Shown: piece by piece, positions 17,903 through 26,659 of the stretch
How the letters are laid out: the number at the start of each line of letters is the position of its first letter
Position numbering within the stretch: the first letter of the stretch is position 1
Assembly: GCA_027623195.1 (NCBI GenBank)
Contig: JAQBUT010000031.1
Span: 1 to 28,237, forward strand
Length of the DNA stretch: 28,237 nucleotides
Source: Chloroflexota bacterium
GTDB taxonomy: Bacteria; Chloroflexota; Dehalococcoidia; Lucifugimonadales; JADFKI01
Reading direction: 5' to 3'
Notes under the pieces: generated by a model
Databases searched by the model: none
The model's input: only the letters and a program-made list of their open reading frames with translations
What the model was told of the DNA's origin: nothing
Position numbers and translations under genes: made by a program

Positions 17903-18565
17903 GTGATAGTAGCTGTATTGGGTGAAAAGGGCGGAACAGGAAAGACCACGTTTTCGACGAATCTGGCCGGCATGAGGTCGGCTTCAGGTCGGGACGTTCT
18001 GGTAGTGGATGCGGACCGTCAGGGTAGTTCTAGCTACTGGGCGGAGGCCCGAGAGGCAAAGGGGTTGACGTCAGTTAGCTGTGTCCAGAAATTCGGCGAT
18101 GGACTGGCCAGAGCCATTAGAGATATGTCGCGCCGCTACGACGATGTGGTCATAGACATAGCCTCTGGCGACAGCCGCGAGATCGAGGGCGCACTTCGAG
18201 TGGCCGACATGGTAATCATCCCGGTGCAGCCCTCCGGCATCGACGTATGGACGCTGGGCCTGCTGGACGACCGCATAAGCCAAGCCATGCAGGGCAACAA
18301 GAAGCTCACCGCTTACGTCGTCATAAACAGGGCATCTACGAACCCACGGGACAACGATGCCGACGACGCCAAGGATGCCATGGCCGTGTGCGAAACCCTG
18401 ACCATCACAGATGTTGTAGTGAGGGATCGGGTGTCGATAAAAAGGTCTGTTCCCGCTGGCATTACCGCCAGCGAGTATAGGCCTTTGGACAGCAAGGCGG
18501 CCCTGGAAATGACTGCACTGTACAATCTTGCTTTTGGAGAGAATGGACACAGAAATGGAAATTAG
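17903..18565 (+). CDS. parA: ParA/ParF-type Walker-box partition ATPase (type Ib, no N-terminal HTH)
   Basis: Deviant Walker A GEKGGTGKTT at the very N-terminus; also VVDADRQGS, DDVVIDIA, ADMVIIPVQPS. 220 aa. Confidence 0.9.
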   Translation: MIVAVLGEKGGTGKTTFSTNLAGMRSASGRDVLVVDADRQGSSSYWAEAREAKGLTSVSCVQKFGDGLARAIRDMSRRYDDVVIDIASGDSREIEGALRVADMVIIPVQPSGIDVWTLGLLDDRISQAMQGNKKLTAYVVINRASTNPRDNDADDAKDAMAVCETLTITDVVVRDRVSIKRSVPAGITASEYRPLDSKAALEMTALYNLAFGENGHRNGN

Positions 18566-18794
18566 ACCGCGAAGTAAGGCTCAGAAGGTAGATACCAGGG
18601 GAAGTGGCCCAGGCGCTAAGCCCCGTAGAATAGCGGAAACAGGTCCCCGAAAGGCCGTTATCATACGCATGCCCGAGGAGCTGGCACACCAGCTCAAGGT
18701 CGTTTCGGCCCACGAGGACATGACGGCTCAAGACTTCTGTCTGGACGCCATTCGGCCTATGATCGACAAGGCGCTCAAACGACACGGACTGTAA
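18543..18794 (+). CDS. Ribbon-helix-helix DNA-binding protein (ParG-like partner of ParA)
   Basis: 83 aa, overlaps the parA 3' end, RBS GGAGAG. A flexible basic N-tail is followed by a strand (KAVIIRM), a helix (PEELAHQLKVVSAHE) and a second helix (TAQDFCLDAI). Confidence 0.75.
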   Translation: MDTEMEIRPRSKAQKVDTRGSGPGAKPRRIAETGPRKAVIIRMPEELAHQLKVVSAHEDMTAQDFCLDAIRPMIDKALKRHGL

Positions 18795-18828
18795 CCCCCT
18801 CCCCTACACCCTCTTATTCGGACGTTAA

Positions 18829-18862
18829 AAGTGGCAGGCAAATCGCCTGCCACTTGTTTTTT
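18829..18862 (+). terminator. Intrinsic terminator of the parA-RHH operon
   Basis: AAGTGGCAGGC-AAATC-GCCTGCCACTT followed by GTTTTTT. Confidence 0.8.
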
Positions 18863-18897
18863 GGATGGGTTTTTGCGATGAGTTGGATCTATTTATT

Positions 18898-19459
18898 AGA
18901 TAACTAGTTAGCAAGCTGTCCAGATAACTAGCCGACTAGTTATCTGTATGTACGGCTGTATTGCCTTCTAAACGGAAATGCCCTCGAGTGAATAACATCC
19001 TCAGCTACGGATTATTTTTTGGTGATATATTGATGACTTGATAACTAGTCATATGGCTAACATGATATCGAGTTGTCTAGATGTTTTGTTGTCAAGATAT
19101 CCAAAATAAACCGCATGCGGAACATGACAGATGCCATCAAAACTTAGTTTTGGTTCAGTCATGGGAAGGTGGGCAGGGCCAGATTCGGCACATACGAAAT
19201 CCTGGAGGAATATACAAAGCCTGTGACGTTGAATAAATCGGGTCCACGTGTTGAGATTCAGGTACCATCTTGTTCTAGATAATAGAGAACTTGATGACTA
19301 GCTAATGTGAGGACAAGCTATATTGTTATCTAGATAACTAATGAGCATGAATACCGGATGTGATGTCATGGTGATCACTCGCGGCAGTGCTGATTGGATA
19401 ACTAGCTATGATGTCATATTAATATCAAGATGCTTCGCCACCATGCTATCTAGATAGCT
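18898..19459. repeat. Three patches of 8-bp-phased degenerate repeats (approx. WGAT-RWCT), putative centromere-like site
   Basis: Patches at 18898-18961, 19023-19102 and 19288-19459. GATAACTA starts at 18899, 18923, 19040, 19333 and 19397. Inverted repeat CAGATAACTAG-CCGA-CTAGTTATCTG (18921-18946). Palindromes GTTATCTAGATAAC (19325-19338) and GCTATCTAGATAGC (19445-19458). Confidence 0.75.
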
Positions 19460-19524
19460 TTATGCTGCGGACCAGTCAAAACAGGGTTAAATTGCTGTTT
19501 GTGAGAAAGAGAAGGGTCTCGTAA

Positions 19525-20166
19525 TTGAAGGCATTCATAAGTTATTCGACAACCGATAAGCCCGTGGCGGGGTCTGTTAAGACAGTCCTTGATAACATCG
19601 GTAAAGAAGCATTCCTAGCACACGAAGACATCAGAGTTTCCCAAGACTGGAAGAATCGTATCCTCCGTGAATTGAAAGAGGCGCAGATTTTTGTTCCATT
19701 ACTAAGTAAGGCATTCAAACGGTCCAGATGGGCGTCCCAGGAAATCGGACTGGCATTTGCACAAGAGGATGTTTTATTCATTCCGCTTTCGATAGATGGC
19801 ACAATTCCATTTGGATTCATTTCCCACCTTCAAGGCAAATTGATTCCAGACGATGGAGACTACGAAGAATTGATAATTTCTCCTATCATTGGTGGGTACC
19901 CCCACGAAGTTATCCCTGGTCTCATCAAACGCATGGCAAATGCAGGTAGCTTCCGAAGTACCGAGGCCTTCATGCTGCCTATGGTTTCTCATTTTGACAG
20001 GTTTAATGTTGCTGAAGTGAGCGCCTTCGCAAATGCTTCAATAGACAACGGGCATATACGGTCAGCTAAAGATTGCCGTAACTTATACTTGCCTAATTTT
20101 ATTCGGATTAACAGATCAAAGATGACTTCTAAGGTACGAAAAGCGCTTGAGAATAAAATAGCCTAA
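19525..20166 (+). CDS. TIR-domain protein with an uncharacterised C-terminal helical domain
   Basis: Motifs AFISYS, AFLAHEDI, IFVPLLSKAF, SRWASQEIG (candidate catalytic Glu). TTG start. Visibly AT-richer than the neighbouring metabolic genes. Confidence 0.85.
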   Translation: MKAFISYSTTDKPVAGSVKTVLDNIGKEAFLAHEDIRVSQDWKNRILRELKEAQIFVPLLSKAFKRSRWASQEIGLAFAQEDVLFIPLSIDGTIPFGFISHLQGKLIPDDGDYEELIISPIIGGYPHEVIPGLIKRMANAGSFRSTEAFMLPMVSHFDRFNVAEVSAFANASIDNGHIRSAKDCRNLYLPNFIRINRSKMTSKVRKALENKIA

Positions 20167-20208
20167 GGGGCGCAAGCATCCAAGCTGCAGAACTGACCCG
20201 TTTGCCTC

Positions 20209-21138
20209 CTACAACCCCGCCTCGATACGCATAGCCGCTGGCTTTAATAGGGCGTAGATGGTGCTGTTGACTGGGGTGGGCACGCCGGCCTCTATGCCCA
20301 TGCGCAGCACCGTGCCAACGATGCCCTCCAGCTCAACCCGATTGCCGCCGCGAAAGTCCTTGGCCAGCGAGGCCATACCGTCCGGCGGAAAGTTGTCCAG
20401 CTGCGTCATGGACCAGTCAACCATGGAGTCGTCTACCGGCGCGCCTCTGGCCTTTCCGACGGCGAGAATCTCGGCGCAACTCTGGCGGATAAGCTCTCGC
20501 GTCTCCGGTATTGTCCGCATATCGCTGTAGGGAATCTGCGTAACGGCGTTTACGCCCGCTGCGCTCGTCAGGAAAAGGTACTTTCGCCACACTGCGCCCA
20601 TGGCGTTGTCGGAAAGCTCCACGTTCCAGCCGCCGTTCTTGAACACATCGTACAGTCGTCTGCCCCTGTCGGTAATGCCGCCCGGGATTTCTCCGAACGC
20701 CGCCATGCCGAACTGGCCGAGCTGTTCCACGGCTCCCGGCTCTCGGATTCGCGCCTGGACGCCCACCATGCCGACCATGACGTGCTCCTCACCGTAGGCC
20801 TCCACCAGCCTGTCGCCGTTGTCGATGCCGTTTTGCACCGTGAGAACTACCGTGCCGTCGCCCACCAGCGGCGCTATGAAGGGGATCGCCTCCTCGTTGT
20901 GGTACATCTTGACCGTGTATAGGACAAGGTCGACATGCCCGATCTCGTCAGGATTGTCTGTGGCCTGACTGCCCGCGACAAACTCGCCTGAGAGGTCGCT
21001 GAACACCCGTAGGCCGCTGTTTTTGATGGCCTGAAGGTGAGGACCTCTTGCGATGAACGTAACGTCCTCTCCGGCGCGGGCCAGCAGGCCGCCGAAGTAT
21101 CCGCCTACGCCCCCGGTACCCATAACGGCTATTTTCAT
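20209..21138 (-). CDS. panE: 2-dehydropantoate 2-reductase (ketopantoate reductase family)
   Basis: Motifs MKIAVMGTGGVGGYFG, TVQNG, WRKY, SLAKDFRGGNRVELE, GVPTPVN. Confidence 0.88.
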   Translation of the reverse strand: MKIAVMGTGGVGGYFGGLLARAGEDVTFIARGPHLQAIKNSGLRVFSDLSGEFVAGSQATDNPDEIGHVDLVLYTVKMYHNEEAIPFIAPLVGDGTVVLTVQNGIDNGDRLVEAYGEEHVMVGMVGVQARIREPGAVEQLGQFGMAAFGEIPGGITDRGRRLYDVFKNGGWNVELSDNAMGAVWRKYLFLTSAAGVNAVTQIPYSDMRTIPETRELIRQSCAEILAVGKARGAPVDDSMVDWSMTQLDNFPPDGMASLAKDFRGGNRVELEGIVGTVLRMGIEAGVPTPVNSTIYALLKPAAMRIEAGL

Positions 21139-21208
21139 CTTCTTAGGATCTCCTTGTATTTCGTCTTCAGTGCGGACGACGCCTGACTGCAGCCGGGCGA
21201 CCGTCTGA

Positions 21209-21829
21209 TCAAGCGCTGCCGTTGCGTCTGGCCATCGCCTCTACTACGTTCGCCTGGTAGGCCTTCTCAGACGCAGAGGTAAACAGAGAAACTCTTGAGA
21301 TGCGGGCATCCAGGTCTACGTGTAAACCCAGGACCAGCATTACGCGGTTGTAAAGCCCCAGTGCGGCCTCCAGGGGAACCTGCTTTTCCCAGTTTTGTTC
21401 CCAGGGAATCGCATCATGTGCGGCGACATTCGGAGACTTGGCCACAGCTTCCCTAAAGTCGAAAGCAGTGTGGCAAAGGCCTTCGAACTCTGCGTCCTTG
21501 TCGTAGCCTTCCAGGCCGCCCAGGCCGCGATTTCGGAGGATGACAAGCTGGTATAGCAGCATCCACCAATAAATGGCGGCGAGGCGAGGCTGGTCCAGTT
21601 TGCGTCTGTGTCCCTTCAAGCCCCAGTCCAGGTGCTTGTCGCTATTCCTAATAAACATTTGTGTAACCAGGTCAGCGGCTCCGTCGCAGCAGGCATCCCA
21701 AAGAGCCTTGCGTTGATCTGTCAGGTCGTCTCGTTGGGAATGTGAGATGGCCACACCCTTAAGGTCGGCCAAATTGCTAGACAGGTTCGCCTTCACGCGT
21801 CCGGGGATAAAGATGTCCAGTATAGACAT
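21209..21829 (-). CDS. Hypothetical protein
   Basis: 206-aa ORF with RBS GGAGA, co-oriented with panE. No recognised motif. Confidence 0.7.
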   Translation of the reverse strand: MSILDIFIPGRVKANLSSNLADLKGVAISHSQRDDLTDQRKALWDACCDGAADLVTQMFIRNSDKHLDWGLKGHRRKLDQPRLAAIYWWMLLYQLVILRNRGLGGLEGYDKDAEFEGLCHTAFDFREAVAKSPNVAAHDAIPWEQNWEKQVPLEAALGLYNRVMLVLGLHVDLDARISRVSLFTSASEKAYQANVVEAMARRNGSA

Positions 21830-21958
21830 GGGGTTCTCCGGGAGGTACGAACATCTGTAATCCGGTCATACCTCAGTTATGGTTTGGAGCCAACTTAACA
21901 TTGGGCGGGTAGGGGAGCAAGCTCTCCCGCAAAGCCATTCCTCCGGCTACCGAGTGGG

Positions 21959-22252
21959 TCAGTCGTCCTTCCCCGCGAAGTAGCCTTCTGTGTAACCAAG
22001 TTGGGCCGCCCGTAATATCGCAGCACGTATCTTGAGTGTGCCTTCGTCCCGGTCGGTGATTTGGCTAACGAAGGCAGAGTAGGGGAGGAGCCATTCAGGG
22101 AAGTAGCCGTCCGCCCCTGTGTTGCCTCGTACCTCCTCCACGAATTTCCAGGATTCCAATCGGCTGTCTTCCAGGTCCTGGCTGGTGAGCTTCTCTATTG
22201 TGGAGTTGTAGTACGCCTCAAAGCCGGCGTCCAAATCTTGTTTATCCGCCAC
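21959..22252 (-). CDS. Small acidic hypothetical protein
   Basis: 97-aa ORF, GTG start with RBS GAGGA. Confidence 0.65.
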   Translation of the reverse strand: MADKQDLDAGFEAYYNSTIEKLTSQDLEDSRLESWKFVEEVRGNTGADGYFPEWLLPYSAFVSQITDRDEGTLKIRAAILRAAQLGYTEGYFAGKDD

Positions 22253-22380
22253 TTTCCTCAGTCCTTATACTTCATGAAATAGCCGTCATCATGCAATCTT
22301 GATTAGATGATTAAAGGATATCAAAACATCAGGTATGAGCCTCGGCGGTTGCGCCTGAAGGACTAGACCTAAACCCACAC

Positions 22381-22409
22381 TTGACCAAGCCACAAAACAG
22401 AACTATGAT
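22381..22409 (+). promoter_or_regulatory. Sigma70-type promoter for apt
   Basis: TTGACC, 17-bp spacer, TATGAT. Confidence 0.6.
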
Positions 22410-22484
22410 TTCGGAGCGGAATTTCTGAAGCGGCTACGCCTGAAGGTATGTCCTTAGCCGGGATATGATTCAAAAAAGGGATAT

Positions 22485-22997
22485 ATGGATCTAACGGAAT
22501 ATATTAGGGACGTGCCGGATTTCCCGCAACCAGGAATCCTGTTCAAAGACATAACGCCACTTCTCAGCCATCCGCCTGCGTTGCGACAGGCCATAGACCA
22601 GATGGGCGAAAGGTGCGCGGCGCTTAATCCAGATACTATTGTCTGCATTGAGGCCAGGGGCTTCCTGTTCGCGGCACCCATGGCCTATAAATTGGGTGTG
22701 CCGTTGGTGCCCGTCCGCAAGCGGGGCAAATTGCCTTACCAAACGCACTCAGTGACGTACGACCTGGAATATGGTTCGGATACGGTTGAGGTCCACGTAG
22801 ATGCGATCTCGCAGGGACATAGAGTGGTGATAGTGGATGACCTGTTGGCGACAGGCGGCACCATGGCTGCAGCTGCCAAGCTTGTTGAACAGACGGGCGG
22901 CGAAATCGCCGGATTATCGGTGCTCATTGAGCTTGGGGACTTGCACGGCAGGGACCGTTTGGGCGGATATGAAGTAATATCTTTGATTGAATACTGA
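22485..22997 (+). CDS. apt: Adenine phosphoribosyltransferase
   Basis: Motifs [36 protein letters not shown], and PRPP motif [10 protein letters not shown]. Confidence 0.96.
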   Translation: MDLTEYIRDVPDFPQPGILFKDITPLLSHPPALRQAIDQMGERCAALNPDTIVCIEARGFLFAAPMAYKLGVPLVPVRKRGKLPYQTHSVTYDLEYGSDTVEVHVDAISQGHRVVIVDDLLATGGTMAAAAKLVEQTGGEIAGLSVLIELGDLHGRDRLGGYEVISLIEY

Positions 22998-23057
22998 AGC
23001 AATCAGAAATTAAATTTAGGCAAAAGCAATAAATTTCAATTCGACAGGGGGACCTAG

Positions 23058-23504
23058 ATGGTGACCGAACAGAATATCGATACGTTGATTTCATCAGTCG
23101 AGCAGGCTGTACAGGCTGGAGTTGCGTTCTTCCAGGCAAACTCCAATTCTGAAACTCGTGTGGGCCTGTGGACTGGTCGTGAATTCCTGTGCCACCTCAT
23201 TTACTGGCACCAGGCAACTGTGGATGGTATTGCATCAGTGTCGGGCGGCGGAGCCCCCGTTCAGGTCTATGCCTCCGTAGACGAGATGAACGCTCGCTCG
23301 GTTGGTCGTCAGGCCGGCAAGAGCGTTGCTCAGTTACTAGAGCAGGTCGGTTCTATTCAGGAGAGCCTGATTAGCTCGGCTCGTTCCATATCCGACCCCA
23401 ACGCGGTAGTTCTCATCAACAGTAGTGGATCGGGTATGTCCACCGCACAGAGGTTGGAGCGTATCGCGACTCACTGGAATGAGCATATCGCCGAACTGAA
23501 ATAA
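23058..23504 (+). CDS. DinB/YfiT-like four-helix bundle protein
   Basis: WTGREFLCHLIYWH and C-terminal HWNEHIAEL histidine pattern. Confidence 0.7.
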   Translation: MVTEQNIDTLISSVEQAVQAGVAFFQANSNSETRVGLWTGREFLCHLIYWHQATVDGIASVSGGGAPVQVYASVDEMNARSVGRQAGKSVAQLLEQVGSIQESLISSARSISDPNAVVLINSSGSGMSTAQRLERIATHWNEHIAELK

Positions 23505-23617
23505 GCTAAGCCATTACACCTGTGTAGGGTGAAATAGGCTACATGCATTTGATGTCGTGATTTCGCATTCATGCGATGGTCAATGTTTCGGAAACGTTTA
23601 AAAAAGCGTTAAAAATA

Positions 23618-23646
23618 TTGACAAAAGCGTAACTATTTGCCATTAT
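23618..23646 (+). promoter_or_regulatory. Sigma70-type promoter
   Basis: TTGACA (23618-23623), 17-bp spacer, CATTAT (23641-23646). Confidence 0.6.
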
Positions 23647-23930
23647 GAAATCCAGTTGACTGATCCGAGTTGCCCCAGCTTGCAACAAACGGGCCTGTCG
23701 CTGGATTTCTTTTTTCGTGCCTTGATGTACCGGCGGGGTTAACGGCAAGCCAAGTCTGTTGATTTCCTATATATGGCCACCCGGCCTAATGACACCGGTC
23801 CTAACATTGCTTTCCACTAATCAACCCCTTCGAGATACCCATTAAAATCAAACAGAACTAATATACTGGTTTGAATGAATTGTCATAGGATTCGGCGAAA
23901 ATAAATATGGACCTGGCTTAGAAGAGGTAT

Positions 23931-24428
23931 GTGATGGTTTATCGCGTTAACGTCAAACATATTAGTCGCTTTCTTCAGGAAGTAGACGTGTTCCAAGGAC
24001 TGTCTGAGCGACATCTGGACCGGATTGCTGCCCTCTGTGATGAGGAGACCTTCCGCAAGGGAGAGCGCCTTACCATGCGCGACGATAGAGGCACAAATCT
24101 CTACGTTTTGCGAAGCGGCGAACTCAAGGTGAGCACCGGGTCCAGAGACTCGGATGTGGTCGTGCGGACGTTGCATGAGAAGGAAGCCTTTCCGCTGGCC
24201 ATACTGATGGAGCCGCCGACCCTGGTCACCACCAATGAGGCCATAACCGACATTGAGGCGTACGTCATGCCCAGAGTACGGCTTCTGGAGCTTTGCGAAT
24301 TGGAGACCAGAATAGGTCTTCACATATACAAGGCCAGCTTCTCCATACTTATGAATCGGTATCGCTATACACTGGCTGAGCTTGCGGAATCGATGAACTC
24401 GGCCACTCACATCAATCCGGCCTTGTAG
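23931..24428 (+). CDS. Stand-alone cyclic nucleotide-binding (CRP/FNR-like sensor) domain protein
   Basis: Motifs FLQEVDVFQGLS, FRKGERL, LYVLRSGELKV. No C-terminal HTH. Confidence 0.8.
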   Translation: MMVYRVNVKHISRFLQEVDVFQGLSERHLDRIAALCDEETFRKGERLTMRDDRGTNLYVLRSGELKVSTGSRDSDVVVRTLHEKEAFPLAILMEPPTLVTTNEAITDIEAYVMPRVRLLELCELETRIGLHIYKASFSILMNRYRYTLAELAESMNSATHINPAL

Positions 24429-24582
24429 GGCGCTGAGGTATAGGCGGCTAAGTCTTTTTTTATTAGGCTTGGAATAATTCCAGGAATGCGGTAATCTTAC
24501 GCGTAAATTTGGAGCCTCGGGTGGACAGACAGGTCCTAAGGCACCCCTTAACGGCACCCCTTTCTTTGAATGGAGGTTTGTC

Positions 24583-25323
24583 ATGACAATCATTGCGTTG
24601 GGTGGACTTTCCGGCGGTGGCGCCAGAACCTTGGGGCCAGCTGTGGCCCAGGCGTTAGGTGCGGACTACGTGGATAGGCTGATACTTACCGACATAGCCC
24701 GACATGTGGGCGCGACGGTGGAGGCTCTTCATCAGCGCGAGGAGAGGCCACCGACCAGAGCAGAGCGCATTTCTCGAATGCTGCGACGCATCCTGGAAAG
24801 GTCGGCTGTCACAGGCGCTGGCGGGGACCCTTATTTTGGCCCCGGCGTAGCGGCCTTCCTCACAGAAGAGTACGAAGACATTCCCCAGTCCACCATAACC
24901 AGGGGGCATGAACTGGAGGATGACAGGTACATTGAGGGCGTCCAGAAGGTTGTAACGGAGATGGCAGAAGGTGGGAATGTCGTCTTCGTCGGTCGTGGTG
25001 CTTACGTAATCCTAAAGGACATGCCGAATGTGCTGCGGGTTGGCATCGAGGCCAGGTTGGAAGATCGAATTTCCACCATCATGGCGAGAGAGCGTCTCAC
25101 GCAGGAAGCCGCTGCCGCTGTCATTACGGAACGGGATAACGCCCGTGGATACTACTTTAAAAAATTCTTCAAAATGGACAATCCTGACGATCCATCGCTA
25201 TTCCACTTCGTCATAAATACAAGTGACGTTGGCCAGGACTATGCAGTAAAACTCATTGTTGACGCCTTTAAGGCACAGCAGGAAGGTAAGCTAGGGCCTG
25301 TCAAAGTTGGCTCAGCCGCATAG
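24583..25323 (+). CDS. Cytidylate kinase-like family protein
   Basis: Motifs IIALGGLSGGGARTLG, YVDRLIL, NVVFVGRGA, ERDNARGYY, FHFVINTS. RBS GGAGG. Confidence 0.85.
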   Translation: MTIIALGGLSGGGARTLGPAVAQALGADYVDRLILTDIARHVGATVEALHQREERPPTRAERISRMLRRILERSAVTGAGGDPYFGPGVAAFLTEEYEDIPQSTITRGHELEDDRYIEGVQKVVTEMAEGGNVVFVGRGAYVILKDMPNVLRVGIEARLEDRISTIMARERLTQEAAAAVITERDNARGYYFKKFFKMDNPDDPSLFHFVINTSDVGQDYAVKLIVDAFKAQQEGKLGPVKVGSAA

Positions 25324-25354
25324 ATTTTCCTCTCCCGTAAAATTAACTAAAAGT

Positions 25355-25400
25355 AATAGTGGGGCGACCCGTCTCGGCGGGAATGCCCCACTATTTTTTT
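25355..25400 (+). terminator. Intrinsic terminator
   Basis: AATAGTGGGGC ... GCCCCACTATT followed by a T-tract. Confidence 0.75.
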
Positions 25401-25637
25401 CGCTCATCTAGTGTGGGCGACGGCAAGATACATGGGCCATCTATCGCAGTATGCCGGGCTGGTTGCGCTACCGATAAGCCTTGGCTACAATATGCCAATC
25501 AAATTTCGGTCACCTGCCCAGCCATTACTCTGACCCTGCTAACATCTTGGTAAGTCAATTCTTGGTGGTGCTGGGTTTAGAGTTTAAGGCATCTGTCGGC
25601 AGGTATTTGCTAACGGGGATATCCATAAGGAGACCAT

Positions 25638-26633
25638 ATGCCACTGCTCGAAGTTAAAGACTTGGCAACGCATTTCTTCACCCAAGAGGGCGTAGTGAAA
25701 GCCGTAAACGGCATTTCGTTCGAACTTGAGGAGGGCGAGGTTTTAGGCGTTGTCGGTGAAAGCGGCTGCGGCAAGAGCGTGAGCGCTCTTTCCGTAATGC
25801 GTCTGGTCGCTGACCCACCAGGTCGGACGGTTCGCGGAGAGGTCATCTTTGAAGGAGAAGACCTGCTTAAGCTGGACGACTCCGAAATGCGTAAGGTTCG
25901 TGGCAATAAGATTTCCATGGTATTCCAGGAGCCTATGACATCGCTGAATCCAGTGCTTACTATTGGCAGGCAGCTAACGGAAACGGCGGAGCTGCACATG
26001 GGTATGAACAAGAAACAGGCGGAGCAGCACGCTGCGGAACTCCTGCAACGAGTTGGTATACCCGATGCTGCCAACAGGCTTAAAGATTACCCTCACCAGT
26101 TCAGCGGCGGAATGCGACAGAGAGTCATGATTGCCATAGCCATGAGTTGCAATCCGCGACTTATTATTGCGGACGAGCCAACCACGGCGCTAGACGTAAC
26201 TATCCAGGCGCAGATCCTGGAGTTGATGCAGGAGCTTGCCAGAGAGTTCGGTACGGCTCTTATTATCATCACGCACAACCTGGGCGTGGTGGCGCGGTAC
26301 GCACACAGGGTCATAGTCATGTACGCCGGCAAGATAATTGAAACCGGTACCGCTGCGGAGATTTACCACAACCCCAGGCATCCCTATACAATGGGCCTCC
26401 TTGCGTCTGTCCCGCGTTTGGACGAAATCCAGAGGACCAAATTACAGGCCATTGAGGGCCTGCCCCCTAATCTGGTGAACCTGCCGCAGGGCTGCTCGTT
26501 CGCTCCTCGCTGTGCATATGCAAACGATAAGTGCCTGCAAGAGGAGCCCAGCCTGGCGAATTATTCCGATGAGCACACCGCGGCCTGCTGGAGATACGCT
26601 GAGCTCCCGGAGCTGGCGAAAGTATCCACCTAA
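25638..26633 (+). CDS. oppD: Oligo/dipeptide ABC transporter ATP-binding subunit (OppD/DppD-like)
   Basis: Motifs GESGCGKS, FQEPMTSLNP, FSGGMRQR, IIADEPTTALD, HPYT, C-terminal Cys motif. Confidence 0.9.
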   Translation: MPLLEVKDLATHFFTQEGVVKAVNGISFELEEGEVLGVVGESGCGKSVSALSVMRLVADPPGRTVRGEVIFEGEDLLKLDDSEMRKVRGNKISMVFQEPMTSLNPVLTIGRQLTETAELHMGMNKKQAEQHAAELLQRVGIPDAANRLKDYPHQFSGGMRQRVMIAIAMSCNPRLIIADEPTTALDVTIQAQILELMQELAREFGTALIIITHNLGVVARYAHRVIVMYAGKIIETGTAAEIYHNPRHPYTMGLLASVPRLDEIQRTKLQAIEGLPPNLVNLPQGCSFAPRCAYANDKCLQEEPSLANYSDEHTAACWRYAELPELAKVST

Positions 26634-26659
26634 ATAAACGGGAAGAAGAGGATTTTTAA

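Noticed and set aside
18898..19459. CRISPR array or replication iterons
   Set aside because: There are no 23-47-bp identical repeats with unique spacers, no cas genes, no 17-22-bp iterons and no rep gene. The unit is a degenerate octamer.
14880..20200. Integrated mobile element boundaries around the AT-rich segments
   Set aside because: No integrase, tRNA, att-like direct repeats or terminal inverted repeats were found by eye, so no mobile element is called.
24540..24562. Short tandem GGCACCCCTT repeat before the cytidylate-kinase-like gene
   Set aside because: Only two 10-bp copies and no recognisable riboswitch or operator consensus.
23883..24593. 236-aa minus-strand ORF
   Set aside because: Antisense shadow of the cNMP-domain gene with no motifs.
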